Shown piece by piece: positions 43,679 through 58,087 of a DNA stretch of 64,000 nucleotides. The translations under genes and the position numbers were made by a program. The first letter of the stretch is position 1. The number at the start of each line of letters is the position of its first letter. Source of the DNA: the human T2T-CHM13v2.0 reference genome, Homo sapiens; NCBI RefSeq assembly GCF_009914755.1, contig NC_060936.1, one strand, 5' to 3'. The notes under the pieces are model-generated. The model made no database searches and was not told the DNA's origin. It saw nothing but the letters and a program-made list of their open reading frames with translations.

Positions 43679-46415
43679 AAAATCGAGCAGGAGAACCAAT
43701 TTTGGGGTAAAGGCAATGAGTTTATTCTTTCCAGAATGGCAGTGGGTGAGTTATATTCTCCATTACTCTATCATTGGGTACCATTTGTTTCTATGATTTT
43801 TAGAGTACCAATTCTAATAACTTTAAAAATATTTCAAGTGTTTCAAAGTGAAAAAGCTCAGCAGGTGATTGGTAAAATAGTTACCAAATACCAAGATGAG
43901 GTTGGAACATCAAGATTACACTAATAAGACAGGAGTCTCTTGCCTAGAGTAAACACAGGAGACGCAAAACTCTGATCAGACAAGAATCTTGCCAGCAGCA
44001 GAGGCACAACACGCTCATTCACGCATGTGAACAAATCAACTTAGACATAATAAAGCCAAAGAATCTGATGAGGAATGTTTGGGATCAGTGACTGGGTTAA
44101 AATAATAGTAGAGAAAAAGTACAAGGACAGAGCATCACCCGATAAGGGGGCACAATGTACTTTGATTTGGACTGATAAAAATAGGTGAGTTGATTCAGGT
44201 AATTCTTTTTGGTTTGGTAGCAGTGGTGACTGGGCAAGAGAGAAAATGGAAGAGGTTAAAAACAAGAAAAGCCCACCAAGTAAGAAAGGATGACAGAATA
44301 GGCACAAGGATCACAGAATTGTCAGAGTGAAATATTGGGGTCGGAGATAAAGGCAGACTTCTATGTAGCCAATTTTAAACTTAGCGCTGAAAAAGACATT
44401 TTAAAGGGCAAGTCAGAGTAGGGGCAGAAACAATGAGCTGCCTTGATCACAAATACTACAAGATCTCTACCACAGACTTGAATGTTTTATAGCAAACAGC
44501 AATGAAATCAAGACACTAAGGGCTTGTCACTGCAATACTGAGCATTATCATAGCGACTATAGCTATGAAAAAAATTAGACTAATTTGAATTTAATTCCCA
44601 ACAGATTCATATTTCAAATAAAAACACAAAAGGAAACAGAGAAAAAATGAAAAAACCCTGCATTTATTGAACAGAAAAACATCCTACCATTTGGTGTCAG
44701 TAAAAAAATGGACATTTGAAATAATTTAGCAAGCAAAATTGCCCAATCAGTGATTCTGGAGTCCCTAATGAACCTATTAGGGACCATTATGGGAAAATGA
44801 GTATACAGATGCAGATGACTCCTATGTCACCTACTTATGAGGTCAAACTGTAATAGACATAATTCTATGAGAATTATGAGAATTTTCAAAATGATTTAAT
44901 TCTGCAAGTTAATTGCATGCAGTATTCATCTGTGAGTTTATTTTATAATTTGCATACACACACTAATGCCTCAGTCTATGCACATGCTAATATATATGAT
45001 ATGAAGACTCACAATAGTATTAAGAAACACCTGAAAAATTCCACTCAGTCAACTGAGTTTCGGCAGCTGTGTAGCATGAAAAACAATGAAGAAAGATATC
45101 CCCAAAGGGATAAGCTTGGGCTTCAAAGGCCAAAAAAGAAAATAGGAATTGATAGCACAGTGGATTCCAGAAAAGCATATTAATAGTCTGCTAAGTGACA
45201 TCTTATTTATGAGAACAGGTATCCTACCTGGTCAGTCTGGGAGGGTGGACAAAGAGTTCAGCTCAACAAGTATTAATGGCACTTACTCTGTGCAAGGCAC
45301 TCTGCTAAGCGCTTCAGATTAACAGAGAGCCAGATGGATTACCATTCATTGCCCCTCTGTACCAATCTCTCTTATCTCCGTATTGTCACCATTTATATTT
45401 GATAAGTGTGTTTAATAGATACTATAGGTAGCCATTATAATCAATAAGGTTGCAAATTCAATAATTTAATCCTTGACCCAAATGGGAAATTATTTTAACT
45501 TGGATATTTGTATTCCCAGGCTTTGGTCCTGCACTGCTGTTTCATGGTTTAGGCTTATAAATTCAAGCCCCATTCAAGCCCATAAGTGCCTCAAGCTGCA
45601 GCTACAGCTACCTCAAGCACACAAGATAAAATGTCCCATCAACATGTAATTAAAGGAAAATCTCTACTACTTGGGGATTTAAAATAATAATAATAATAGG
45701 CTTCTGATATTGATTGCCAACTGAAGCAAACTTGAGGCTTTCCATCTCCAAAGTTATTATTTCAAGTATAAAGCAGTGGAGGTTATTCTTATTAAGGAAC
45801 AATAATGAGCTATCAGTTTGGGGTGGTGGCTTTTAATCACTAATACAATTGTGAAAACCCAACATTTTTCTAATGTTAATCTGCTGGGGAATGACTACAA
45901 AACAACGTAAGAGGCAACTTTTAAAAAAGAAATATTTGTCCTAGACAAGAGCAGGGAAGGAACAAGATCATTAGACAACGACAGTAAGGGCTGCACTATT
46001 AATGAGGCATATGTAAAAATTCTCCTAGCTGATTGGTTGACATTTTTCTTGCCAGTGATGTTATTATTCACCTTATAAAGTGAATTCATTTTACATCAGG
46101 GCATAATATTAACTCTGAAATACCTAAGATTTTCACACTACTGAGCAATCTATTTAGACTGAAACCTACTGAACTCCTACTGTGTGCCAAGCTTGATAGA
46201 ACAAGAGTCCCCAAACTCTCTAACTGGTCATTTGGGCTGCCTGAGAGGCAGAAGAGAGTAGGAGTTATGTCAGCCTCTGGCCCTCTATTGCCTGACTGAC
46301 AAGGTCAAACATGCACAGACAGCCCAGTGAGCCTCTTTTTGTTTTTAAAGGGCAGGTCACTCAGCTACTATTTTCTAACTGGCTAACATATTTTTAAAAT
46401 CCTTTTGAAATTGAA

Positions 46416-46604
46416 AGAGTTTCCAAGTAAAATAAAAGACACTCATTTAAATGTGAATTTCAGGTAACGAGGAATAATTTTTTAGTATAAGGTTATTTCA
46501 AATACTAAATGGGATATACTTCCATTAAAAAATTATTTGTTTTTTCTGAAATTCAAATTTAACTAAACATCCCATATTTTTATCTGCAAAATCTGGTACA
46601 GCTG
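46416..46604. mobile_element. MER53 palindromic MITE (hAT)
   Basis: ttaaatgtgaatttcaggtaa...aataattttttagtataag mirrored by aaaaattatt...ctgaaattcaaatttaa; matches recalled MER53. Confidence 0.75.
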
Positions 46605-48639
46605 AGGTCACAAAGATATAAGGAAAATCCTCAGGGTGGAAGTGGGAAGCAAAAATGAACGAAAATCTGAAAATCTGAGTGACTGGCATAATGTAGACCC
46701 TTCCCATGTGTTTGTTTCCTCTTCCCTTTCTCCTTCTCTCTTTTCTTGTGCCTCTGTTAGTCCTTCAAGGGATACCAAGAAGTGTATGTCCTTGTCCTCA
46801 GAGAGCATACCATTAATAAAACAAATACAGTCATGTAATAAAAGATGATATGTGCTAGTATTGAGGAATAGGCTAGAAGCAACTTTCTATAAAAAGAGAG
46901 AGAGAGATTAAGTATAATTAAACATATATCACCATCTAATAAGCAAACATTGTTTAAAGTAATTCTAAAACACAAAGATGTGAGATGAAGCAGGGCACTG
47001 CACAGCATTTTTTGATTATTCAAGGCATTCTTCAATACATATTTTTGAGGCATGCTCTTCAATTCCCTACGTTATTTTCTATAGGTATGAGCTCAGTCTC
47101 CTGCCTTTGTAAGCTGGGCTCAAATCTCAAGTCTCAAGTGGGGTTTCATGAAATATAAAGGTGTGGCCATAAAGGTGGCCACAGTTAGCTGACAAAACAA
47201 AGCAACACCACCAGAAATTGAGGAGCCATACCTAGAACCTAAAGAAGCCTTTATCGCTTCACGGGGGCATCTTGGGGTAAACATCCTCCTTTCACAAATG
47301 CCTAGCACAAGGCTTATATTTGCCTATTCTGTAAATCACATTTACAAAGGCAAAGTAGGCAAAATACTTAAAGACACACATAATAAAAATACAGATTTTA
47401 AAAATAAAACATAGGACCAAAGTTTTCTATAAGCTTCATAACCCTGGCTATTTTCACTTGCCAAAGTAAGATCAGCAATGATTTATCTACCCTTGCCCCT
47501 ATGCCCTCCCATTATGGAGATTAATTTCAAGTACTTTGATGTCAGTCCCCTTATTGAGGACATATATATTGTATAAATTCTTTTTCTAAAAACTAAAAGT
47601 ATATGCCCATGATAGAAAAACATTTTAAATGAATAAAATTACCCAGAAAAAAACAAACATCTATAATACCTGCTGATAACATTTTTGTATTTCCTATTAG
47701 TTCTCTTCTATACGTAACTCATATAATCAAGATCTTATTGTTATGTATAATTTTATATCCTATATAAAATTTTATATATACAATATAGAATAAATGTTAC
47801 CAATACAATTGTATATTGGAAGGATATATCATGATTTGGTTAATCAAACTTGTTCATTTTAGTAAGATCTGTTTCTGGAGCAGACTGTCTGCTGGATCCC
47901 AGCATCTCCACTCACTGTTGTGTGGCCTTTAGCACTCCCTGCCTCAGTTTCCTTTGGGTGTTGTTATGAGTCTTCAATGAGTTAACAGTAAGTATTAACA
48001 CTTACATAGTGCCTGACACACTATGAATGCTCAATATTTGCTATTAGTATTTTTGCTATTATGAAAACATTATTTTGTATATCTTTTGGGGATAAGAAAC
48101 TAGAAAAGTCATAACAAAAGTATAGATAAAACAAAAATGCCCAATGGGACTGATAGGGATGTCTCTGATACTGTAAGAAATAACATTTTGCATCAGTTTC
48201 CAGTGTTGAGCATATAATGGATACTCAATTGATGCTGAATGAATTAATTAATGAATCAATAAACCAATGTTTTTGAGTTTAGGGTCAAAGATGCATTTTT
48301 ATTTATTTCCATGTGTAAGGTGTGTCTCTGGAAACTGAAACAATAAAGTACAGGAAGCCATCAGCTGCTTACGTTTTTAGGATCAAAGAAAAGGTATAGT
48401 CTGTAGGACCCCTTGATATAATAGAATGAAGGTTGTTAAAGTTGTCAAAATATCATATACATCTGTATTTGAAAAGAGATTAATTCATCTGTTTAAAAGA
48501 GCTTTAAACTAAAATTGTCAAGAAAACACCTTAAAAGAACCTGAGAAAATATCTAGTAATAGTGTAGAGAAAACAATAGCAAAAAGACTGAAGATCAAAC
48601 CTCCTAAGCCAGTTCCTGAAGAGTATACTACCATTTCTC

Positions 48640-50620
48640 AATTAATAAAAAATGCTTAAGGATAAAGAAAACAATTCTACTTATAATAACATCAAGAAGA
48701 ATAAAATGTTTAGAAATAAATGTAACCACTTGTACACTGAAAACTAAAAAACATTGCCAGAAGAAATTAAAGAAGACACAAATAAATGACAAGGTATCTC
48801 ATATTCATGAATTGAATATGAGAATGAAATTGAATGTGAGGGTTTATTTAGGAGCTCCTTATTCATGATTGTTTTGTCTATTTTGGGTTCTTTGATATTC
48901 CATATGAATTTTAGCATGGATTTTTTGGTCAAATTCTGCAGAAAGCACTGTTGATATTTTAATAGGGATTGCATTAAATACAAACAATCATGAAAAGACT
49001 AACAAATCTGAAGATCTCACACTTTCCAGTTTCAAAACTTATTACAAAGCTACAGTAATCAAAACAGTGCTAGCATAAAGAAAGACACAGAGGCCAATAA
49101 AACAGAATAAGGAATGCCCAAATAAACCCTCATATATATGACCAAATGATTTCAACAAGGGTGTCAAAACCATTTCATGGGGAAAGGAAAAACTTTTTAA
49201 CAAATAACATTGGGAAAACAATATCCACATGTAAAGGAATGAAGCTGGACTCTTACCTTACACCGTATATAAAAATTAACTTGAAATGGATATAATATTT
49301 AAACATAACAGCAAAAACTATAAAACTCTTACAAGAAAACTCAGAGAAAAAGTTTTATGACATTAAATTTGAAAATGACTTCTTGGATATGCCACCAAAA
49401 ACATAAGCAATAAAAGTAAAAATAGATAAAATTGACTACATCTTAATTAAAAGCTTCCATGCATGAAATAACACAATCAACATATTGAAAAGTCAGCCTT
49501 TGGAATGGGAGAAAATATTTGTAAATCATGTATCTAATAAGGGGTTAATACCCAGAATATATAAAGAATCCTACAACTCAACAACAAAAATCAACCTGAT
49601 TTTAAATGGGTGAAAGACTTGAATAGACATTCTTCCAAAGATATACAAATGGCCAATTAGCACACAAAAATATGCTCAACATCACTACTTATTACCCAGA
49701 ATATATAAAGAATCCTACAACTCAACAACAAAAATCAAACAACCTGATTTTAAATGGGCAAAAGACTTGAATAGACATTCCTCCAAGGATATACAAATAG
49801 CCAATTAGCACACGAAAATATGCTCAACATCACTACTTATTAGGAATACGCAAATCAAAACCATGAGATACCACCTTGGACCCATTAGGATGGCTACTAT
49901 CAACAAGAACAACAACAACAACAAAGAAACAGAAAATAACAAGTGTTGCTGACGATGTGGAGAAATTGGAACCTTTATGGATTGCTGGTGGGAATGTAAA
50001 ATGGTACAGCCACTATGGAAAACAATATGACTTCTCCTCAAAAACTTAAAAGTTATTATGTGCTTCACAATTCCACTTCTGGGTATATGCTGAAAACAAT
50101 TGATTGCAGGGTCTTAAAGAGATATTTGTTCCCATGTTCACAGTAGCATTATTCACAATGGCCAAAAGATGGAAGCAACCCAAATGTCCATCAATGGATG
50201 AACTGCCAAATAATATGTGTACATAGATACTTAGATATGATGAAATATTATTCAGCCTTAAGAAGGAAGAAAACTCTGACAGATGCTGTAACATGGGTGA
50301 ACCCTGAGAACATTATGCTAAGTGAAATAAACCAGTCACAAAAAAAGAAATATCACATGATTCCATTTATATGAGGTTTCTAGAATAGTCAAATTCATAG
50401 AGACAGAAAATAGAATGGTGGTTGCCAGGGGCTGAGAAGTGATGGGAATGATGAGTTAGCGCTTAATGGACATCGACTTTCAGTTTTGAAAGGTGAAGTG
50501 TTCTAGAGATTGGTTGTACAACAATGTGAATATACTTAACACTATTGAACTGTACACTTAAAATGGTTAAGATAGCAAATTTCATGTTATGTATTTTACA
50601 ATTAAAAATAAAGAAAGAAA
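48640..50620 (+). mobile_element. L1MB-type 3' portion with an internal inversion and a tandem duplication
   Basis: Degenerate ORF2 and L1MB-type 3' UTR (cacttaaaatggttaagatagcaaatttcatgttatg). Confidence 0.85.
49549..49840. repeat. Tandem duplication, 144 + 148 bp
   Basis: tacccagaatatataaagaatcctac...catcactacttat occurs twice head-to-tail. Confidence 0.95.
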
Positions 50621-50646
50621 TGCACAATAAAAATGTTTAAAGATCA

Positions 50647-50955
<309 letters not shown>

Positions 50956-51984
50956 AGATAAATATAGGAACATTTGATAATACATGCTTTCTGGTATTAA
51001 TTTTTGCATTCCACTTCTATTTAAATCATTTTAAAGTTCTGTCTTCCCAAGAAAACTGTAATTTTTGTGGGCTCAGGGACTGAGTTCTATGATCTGGGTA
51101 CACTGCAGACTTACAACGTATCTTTGATAGCTAACTGAAATAAAATTAACATAATAATGTTGGACTAATCTTTTGAGCCTCAAACATTAATACTCTTTAT
51201 ACTAGCTGAGTATAATCAGTAGGTCAAGGAGAATCTCTATCTTGCAGGAACATCTATTCTGAAAGACAGAAAAGCCTGAACAAGAGGACTCTATTTAATT
51301 CTCTTAATGAAGTGCACAAAGGACTACTGGCATGTAATAAACTCCTTACCTACCAGTCCTTCGAGGGTGGAATAATTTGGTGTCTAGGTAGTCTAAACCT
51401 CTACTCCTACTCCTCTCCCAGAAAAACTGTCTGTTTCCATTAAACTGGAATATTCATCATTGTCCAAATTTGCATCACACATTGTGCTTCTGAATCTTGA
51501 TTCACACTATTTCTCATGCCCGCTATTCTCTTGCTTCAATCCAACAATGCTCACATCTCCCTCCCTGCAAGAAGTATTCCTCATCAAGAGGCTTTGAAGA
51601 CTGCCATCTTTGGTGATTACTATCATTTATAATTTTCACTTGCTAAGATTTTTAAAAGTCTACTCTATACCCTCCTTCTTCAATGAGATCTAGTCACCAG
51701 TTCTAAACTGTACATTTGATTGTCTCCTTGACATTTTCCCTTGAACATCTCAAAGTCACCCTAATGTCAACATGCTCCGAATTGAAATTATCCCACAATC
51801 CAGGGCCTCTTCCAGTTTTGTCTTAGTGAATGGACCCTTTTAGACAAGCTAGAAATATGAGTCATCTTCATCCCCACATTTCTCTTATCCCCAGTATCTG
51901 TCATGGAATTCTGTTGATTTTATCTCCTAAATATTTCTGCATCCACCAGTTTCTTGCTGTCTCATCACTAACCTGGTCCAGCAT

Positions 51985-52624
51985 TGTTTTAATAGGCTTT
52001 ACGATTATTTAGGTATGGCAAAGCCAAAAGATCAGGAGATGACTAACACCGAAAAAATAGTTCATTTTGGAGGCTATGAATATGTTTCTTACCTTGATTG
52101 TAGTGATAGTATCACAGGTGTGTGCACATGGCCAAAATCATCCAATAGTATACATTAAACAGGTGCAGACTTTGTGTATCAATTCTACCTCAATAACATT
52201 GTAGTTTTTAAAAGACAATTTATTCTACTTATAATTCCCAAGAAAGGAGTACATGTCACACCACAGGGGGCCATGTGGGGAAACACCTGGGTCAGCCACG
52301 GGGCAGAGGAAGAGGGGGGACCTGTAGGCAGGAGCCTTTACTGTGGTTTCCATAGGAAAGGATGAGGGAGGCAGGCTAAAGAGGCTTAGGACTGGCTAGT
52401 TTGAATGACATCAGTGGACTCTGGAGCATAGTGGCTTCCCTGGTTGTCTGGCATCTGGCCCTGGCATAAGTAGGGTAGGTGGATAGTAGTCCAGAGTAGG
52501 AAAGTCCAATAAGGGAGAAGGATGGAGGCGTGGAATTAATCAGCTGCTCCATAAGGGGAAACCACTGACCTCTAGCCACTGCCTCAAAACCAAGGCAAAA
52601 CAGCATTTTAAAAACTGTATTACA
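51985..52624. mobile_element. ERVL-type (MER74/76-like) LTR with a nested short L1 3' fragment (about 52065-52212), inside an L2
   Basis: TG...CA ends; gagcctttactgtggtttcc...ggcttaggactggctagtttgaat motif recalled from this LTR group. Confidence 0.45.
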
Positions 52625-53789
52625 AGCCATCTGAACCTGCACTGTTGACTTCAATAGCCTCCTAAAAGTGTCCCAGCTGTCATTCTCTTCCACTGTCAAC
52701 TCCTTCACCCCTGCTTCAAATCCTTTAGGGGTTTCCTGTTTTCTTAAATACAACATTTTTTAACAGGGCTACAAACCCCTGAATGATCTGGTCCCTTCCT
52801 ACTTTCCCAGGCACAGCTGCACCTTGCTTCCTCTAGCCACAGACCTTAGGTCTTGTCTATATATGTATATAATTTGTTATTTACTTCACAAAAAGGTACT
52901 TCCTGCTGAGAAGATATTAGTTGTAAGGGGCTTGATGAACATCTTTAATCAATTCCAGCTATATGCTTTAATTTTATTTGGCAAATTGAATAATGTTATT
53001 TAACTTGTATTAATCAGATGTTGCTATCCATTACACATATAGTACTTATGTATGTCATTAATGTGAACTTTGAAGGTAAAATGGCCGATTTCATATGAAG
53101 AGTAGGTTTCAGGTAGACATGTTAAAATTTGATTGAGTCTTATAATAAAAATTTTCTGTTCAAAAAAATCCCTGTTCCTAGGAACTTTATGAGTGAATAT
53201 AGCCACAAATTCTGCTTTAGAATGTGTCTGACACACACATTAGATTCATAAACACCCTCAAGACCCAATGGTGGCTGGGTAAATGGTAAAATGGTAGTTA
53301 AAAACTCATTTCAAGATGAAATTCTTCCTACAGCATTTAAACTGCAGATACTGGATATGAGTATGTGTTTTAATTTCCTTTTTGTTGGCACATTATCATT
53401 GTTTTAGATAAAACATTTATTTAAAAGGCAGCAAGTGATTTTGATTCTTGCATTGGTCATAATTTCTCTCATTAACTTGAACATTTTGATTTATGTTACT
53501 AGGGGATAGGACCAGTCATAAGCATTATGCTTTATATCATATCCGACTTTCAAATACCGTAATGCTAACATCATATTAAATCAATAGTGGGCTTTGTAGA
53601 ACAACACAAAGCCAAGTTGAAATTTGTAATAATCTTCAGTTCTTTCATTTCTAAATCTTTAATCATTTTTCCTCATTCTTCTTCCCTCCTTCCCTTTCTT
53701 TTCTCTCTCTCTCCCTGGCTCTTTCCCTGTCTCCCTCTCTCTTCCCACTCCTCTTCTCTCTCTTCTTTCTCCTAACATTAATGCATTAA

Positions 53790-54080
53790 AGTGAGTCAGT
53801 CATTCAGTACTTCAACAAGAAGTTACTGCACATTTCCTCTATGATGAACACTATACAGGGCCCTAGGAATAAAACAGTGAATAAGACAGAAAATAGTCCT
53901 ATCTGTGGGGAGCTGACAATCCAAAGGAGTGGCTGACCATCCAACAATTACAACCCAGCATAGAAAATCTATGGTAGGTAAATTCTGGGGTACTCTGAAA
54001 ATACATAGGAGGGTAAAATAACCTGAATTCATGGGTCACAGAAGGTTTCCTGGGAGAAATAATATCTAAACTATGGCATA
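53790..54080 (-). mobile_element. L2 fragment
   Basis: cattcagtacttcaacaag...ctaggaataaaacagtgaataagacag. Confidence 0.6.
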
Positions 54081-54946
54081 AAACAATGAGCTATATAGAC
54101 ATTTCTATTCATTTAGTCAAAACTTTAAATAAACAGTAAAACCTAATTCACTGCATTCTCAAATTACAACTCCCTACTCAACTTTTAAAATTCATTTCAA
54201 AGGCACTTTTTTCCCTAGGTTCAAAATTTTGTATTTCTTTAAATGAAAAAATAAGAAAACTGATTGAGAGTCAAATTATGGGTATTCTGACTCTACCCAG
54301 TTCCTTCACCAACCTCTGTGTCATACTGAGGAATTCACATCAACTTTCTTGGTCACAGTCCCAAATTTATAAATGAGAGGATGGCAATTGATGGGCTGCT
54401 TTCCGGGATGGGATTCTGATTGCAAGTCTCTGAAACTTTCTAGGCCCAGTCTTCACTATTTCTTGCATTTTATCCACCTAGGTTCTCCCAACTGTACTCC
54501 ATCCTGCATATTGCTGCCAGGTTCATCCTCCTAAAGCACAGTTCTGTCACTTTTCTGCATCCAGCATATTAACAGCCCGCAAGACAAAAATCTGAACTCT
54601 TTCTGCAGCACCTCTTCTCCCTGGCATGAGCTTTCTACCTTGGACAGCTACAATTCATACCTCAGTGCTGGACTCACTCACACTTGCTCCTTCCTGCTAA
54701 GGAGACCTTGTCCTCTTCTATCTGGCCATAACCATTTCTTCCATCTCCTACAAGGCTCATCTCACATCCAAACCTCCTCCGTGAAGCCTGCACAGGTCAC
54801 TCCAGCCAGCATCAATTCCTTTCTCTCTAAACATCTACTTCATCACTTATTTTGAAACATCCTTTTTATTATCTAACACTGCAATCCATGTTATTTTTCA
54901 TTACCTAATGATACTGCAAATTCTGTTAGATCTTAAAAATCCTTTT

Positions 54947-55109
54947 GGCTGGGTACAGTGGCTCATTCCTGTAATCCAACCTACTCGAGAAACTGAGGCA
55001 GAAGCATTACCTGAATCCAGGAGGTCAAGACTTGCAGTGAGCTGTGTTTGTGCCACTACACTGCAGCCTAGGTGACAGAGCATGACCCTGTCTCAAAAAA
55101 CAAAAATGA
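54947..55109 (+). mobile_element. FRAM (free right Alu monomer)
   Basis: Monomer with a perfect TSD aaaaatcctttt (54935-54946 and 55110-55121). Confidence 0.8.
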
Positions 55110-57968
55110 AAAAATCCTTTTATTTACCTTCCTTCCTCACCCCCACCTCAATAGCAATGTGAAGCCCATACTATTTGCTGAATCAAATGAAATAAATACA
55201 TAAATGTTTACCTGGTTTCTAAAAGGCATGTGGGCTAGCCCAAGAGTAAAGAGACCTGACCTGAAAGAAACAAAATATTTCCTACATCTTCAATCTGTCC
55301 CCCTTCTTCACTTTCAAGGACCAGCTACCTTTTGGCTGGTAAACATATTCTAGTGGAGAAAGCACATGAATAGGAGCCCAGTTCAATTTCTGGCTCTGTC
55401 GGTCTGCAGCTGGAGAGCTCCAACCCAGTTTCTCAGTCTTTCTGTGCCACAGTTTCCTCTTTCCTCATCTACAAAATGAAGGATATCGGTCCAGAAAATA
55501 TTCTTAAGTCCCTTTTCCATGTTTGACTTATGGAGATACTTACACTTTATAACCCAGAGCACATATAGCTAAACAGAACGGTAATCGGTTAAAGAGAAAG
55601 GCAAAGTGAGACAAAAGGGGAGATGAGTTATATTACAAATCTAAGAGTCAAAAAAGAATTTAGAAAACGATTTTAAGGGTAAGGTAACAGCTTATCCATT
55701 GAATACATTATTCCTCTAGGAAGCTACCTACACCCCTGGGCAATCATGAAGCAATTTAAACTTTAGTTCTTTTATACAGTGCTTCTTATGAATCCAGATG
55801 TGGGTTCCTGAGGTGGGTACATCATTTTCAAGATGTTGGAATACTTCTGGATTAGAATGTTCCTCTGTTGAATAATGAAACTGTATTGTAAGACTTAGTA
55901 AACCATCAACTTACTGTATTTTCAGGTTGCAAAGTTTTTATGTTGTTTGGTTTTAACACTTTATAAGAATGGACCTCACATTTTCTATCTTGAAGTCACA
56001 TATCTTGATGCAATATTGGCCTTAAATGGGAAAGCCATGTAATAGAAACTAATTGAACATTTTCATTGAAACTAGAGGATGTTCTTAGGAACACCAAGAG
56101 GTACCTCTTAGATGTGTAGGACATCAGATACACTCCTACAAGGGGCACTACAGTTGACCAACAAAGAAATTCAGAGCACATTTTCTCAAAAGTACATCTT
56201 TCTGATAAAAAAGTAAATATATTTATTTACTATTTTCAGATAGGTAACAGCCAGCATGTAACCACATACACACACGGCTAATATATCTATCAACTGATAG
56301 ATTAGTTTGTTCTCATTAATATGAATGTGACCTCTCTCCTGGTAATGTCTCCTCTTTTGGGCTTCTTGGCTTTTAAATTTCACTCCCTCGTTTAACATCT
56401 CTGAGCCTGGACTTTCTTATCCCAATAACTAATAATGCAGCTAAGGTATCTAGTATGATATCTGGGATCTTTTATTGATTGAATGATTTATACTGACCTC
56501 ATTCCAAAAGTGATTTGAGGTAAATACTCAGCAAATAGTAGGCGCTGAATAAATGTCAGTTTTCTTCCCCTTTTTCCTTTGCTTAAATCACCCCTAATTT
56601 TCTTGAGAACAAAGGATAAGCTGAAAGGCAAGAGAAATTTGGGAATAGAGGCCATAGAGGTAATATGTTAGTAAGCATTAGCTGTTCCTTTTCAAAAGCT
56701 TCATCATCTGAAAGACGGCATCCTTTACAACACCATTACCTCCTACACAGGACATCTGGAAAGTGGAGACGGGGCTGCACAGTAAAAGCACGAACATTGG
56801 TAAGTACGTTGCTCTACTATAAAAGAGGAAGTTAGAGGCAGGAAAATGCTATCATGGCTAGAACAGCTGTCTATCCAAGAGCTCAGCAGCCCAAAGCCAA
56901 AATATAGAGTTTTATTACAATTACATTTGAAATTTATATAGCCTTTTTATACTGCAAACAGCTAACCAAATCTTCATCGTGCAGGTTTCAGTGCTAATTT
57001 GTAAGATTTTACCAGCTGGACCTTTCTAGAAGTAAACATGATGCCATGGAAATCAGAAGGCACAGTCACTAATCAGTTCAGTGACCTGGGCATGCCAACT
57101 TTACCTCTCTGAACTCAGTTTCTCCATTTTACAAATTGGCTCATTTAAGTGTCCTGTCAGCTCTAAAATCCCACAATTCCATCTTCTTAGCTGTGGAAAC
57201 TGGGTAACTTAACCAAGCCTCTGATAGTGTATGGCTAAGCAGGATCTTGGATCCTCATTTCTTCATTCTCTGAATTTTAAAGGTGTTTCTTCTTTGTAGT
57301 AAATAAGCAAAGTGTTAAAAAGGCTGAGCACCTTTTCTTTTATCCCAAATCACTTGTAATTTTTAAGTTCTGTCATTTTTACAGATCATAAAACTTTATC
57401 AAAAGCCAACCTGTCATGATAGTTCACAATATTTACAATTCAGATTTTGGCACAATTAATATTCCTTTTCCTCATCACATCATCATCCATTATAGTTGTA
57501 ATCTATAAATTGATGGGATAAAATTTCAATTAAAAAATCCAATTGAACTTTAGGGGTTTACAGTCTTCTATAAATAGAGCTTTTGAAGGGGACTGAGTTA
57601 AGGCTGTAAAGAAAGATGTCTATAAAAATACAAATTCATTCTTCCATTTCTGGAAATCTTTTTGTACCTACTTTAGTCATAAAAATTATATTTTACATTA
57701 ACTGTGCCAGGAAATTTTTTTTCACATACAAATTTGATATCTTTCCAAAATTGCATGATTTGCTTTAAAGCAGGAAAGAGGCCAAGATTTACTCGGTGTG
57801 CTCAGTTAGCAGCCCTCCCAAGAAGTTCAAACTGAGGTCAAACTTTTTAAAAATGTCATTTAGAATGAGATTCGAGTAGAGTATAATCTCTTAGTACCAC
57901 CTGAGTTTAGTTAGGAAAGATTTTTAAACACCCCAAAAAATAAAAAAATGATTAGACACACTAACAAA

Positions 57969-58087
57969 GTGTGTATATATACACACATATATATGTGTAT
58001 ATATGTATATGTATATATGTATATGTGTATATGTATATATGTATATGCATACAGGTATATGTATATATGTATATATGTACATATATA
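57969..58087. repeat. (TA)n/(TATATG)n degenerate microsatellite
   Basis: Alternating purine-pyrimidine tract of about 120 bp. Confidence 0.9.

Noticed and set aside
52376-52756. 126-aa minus-strand ORF
   Set aside because: It spans an LTR/L2 junction, with no splice or homology support.
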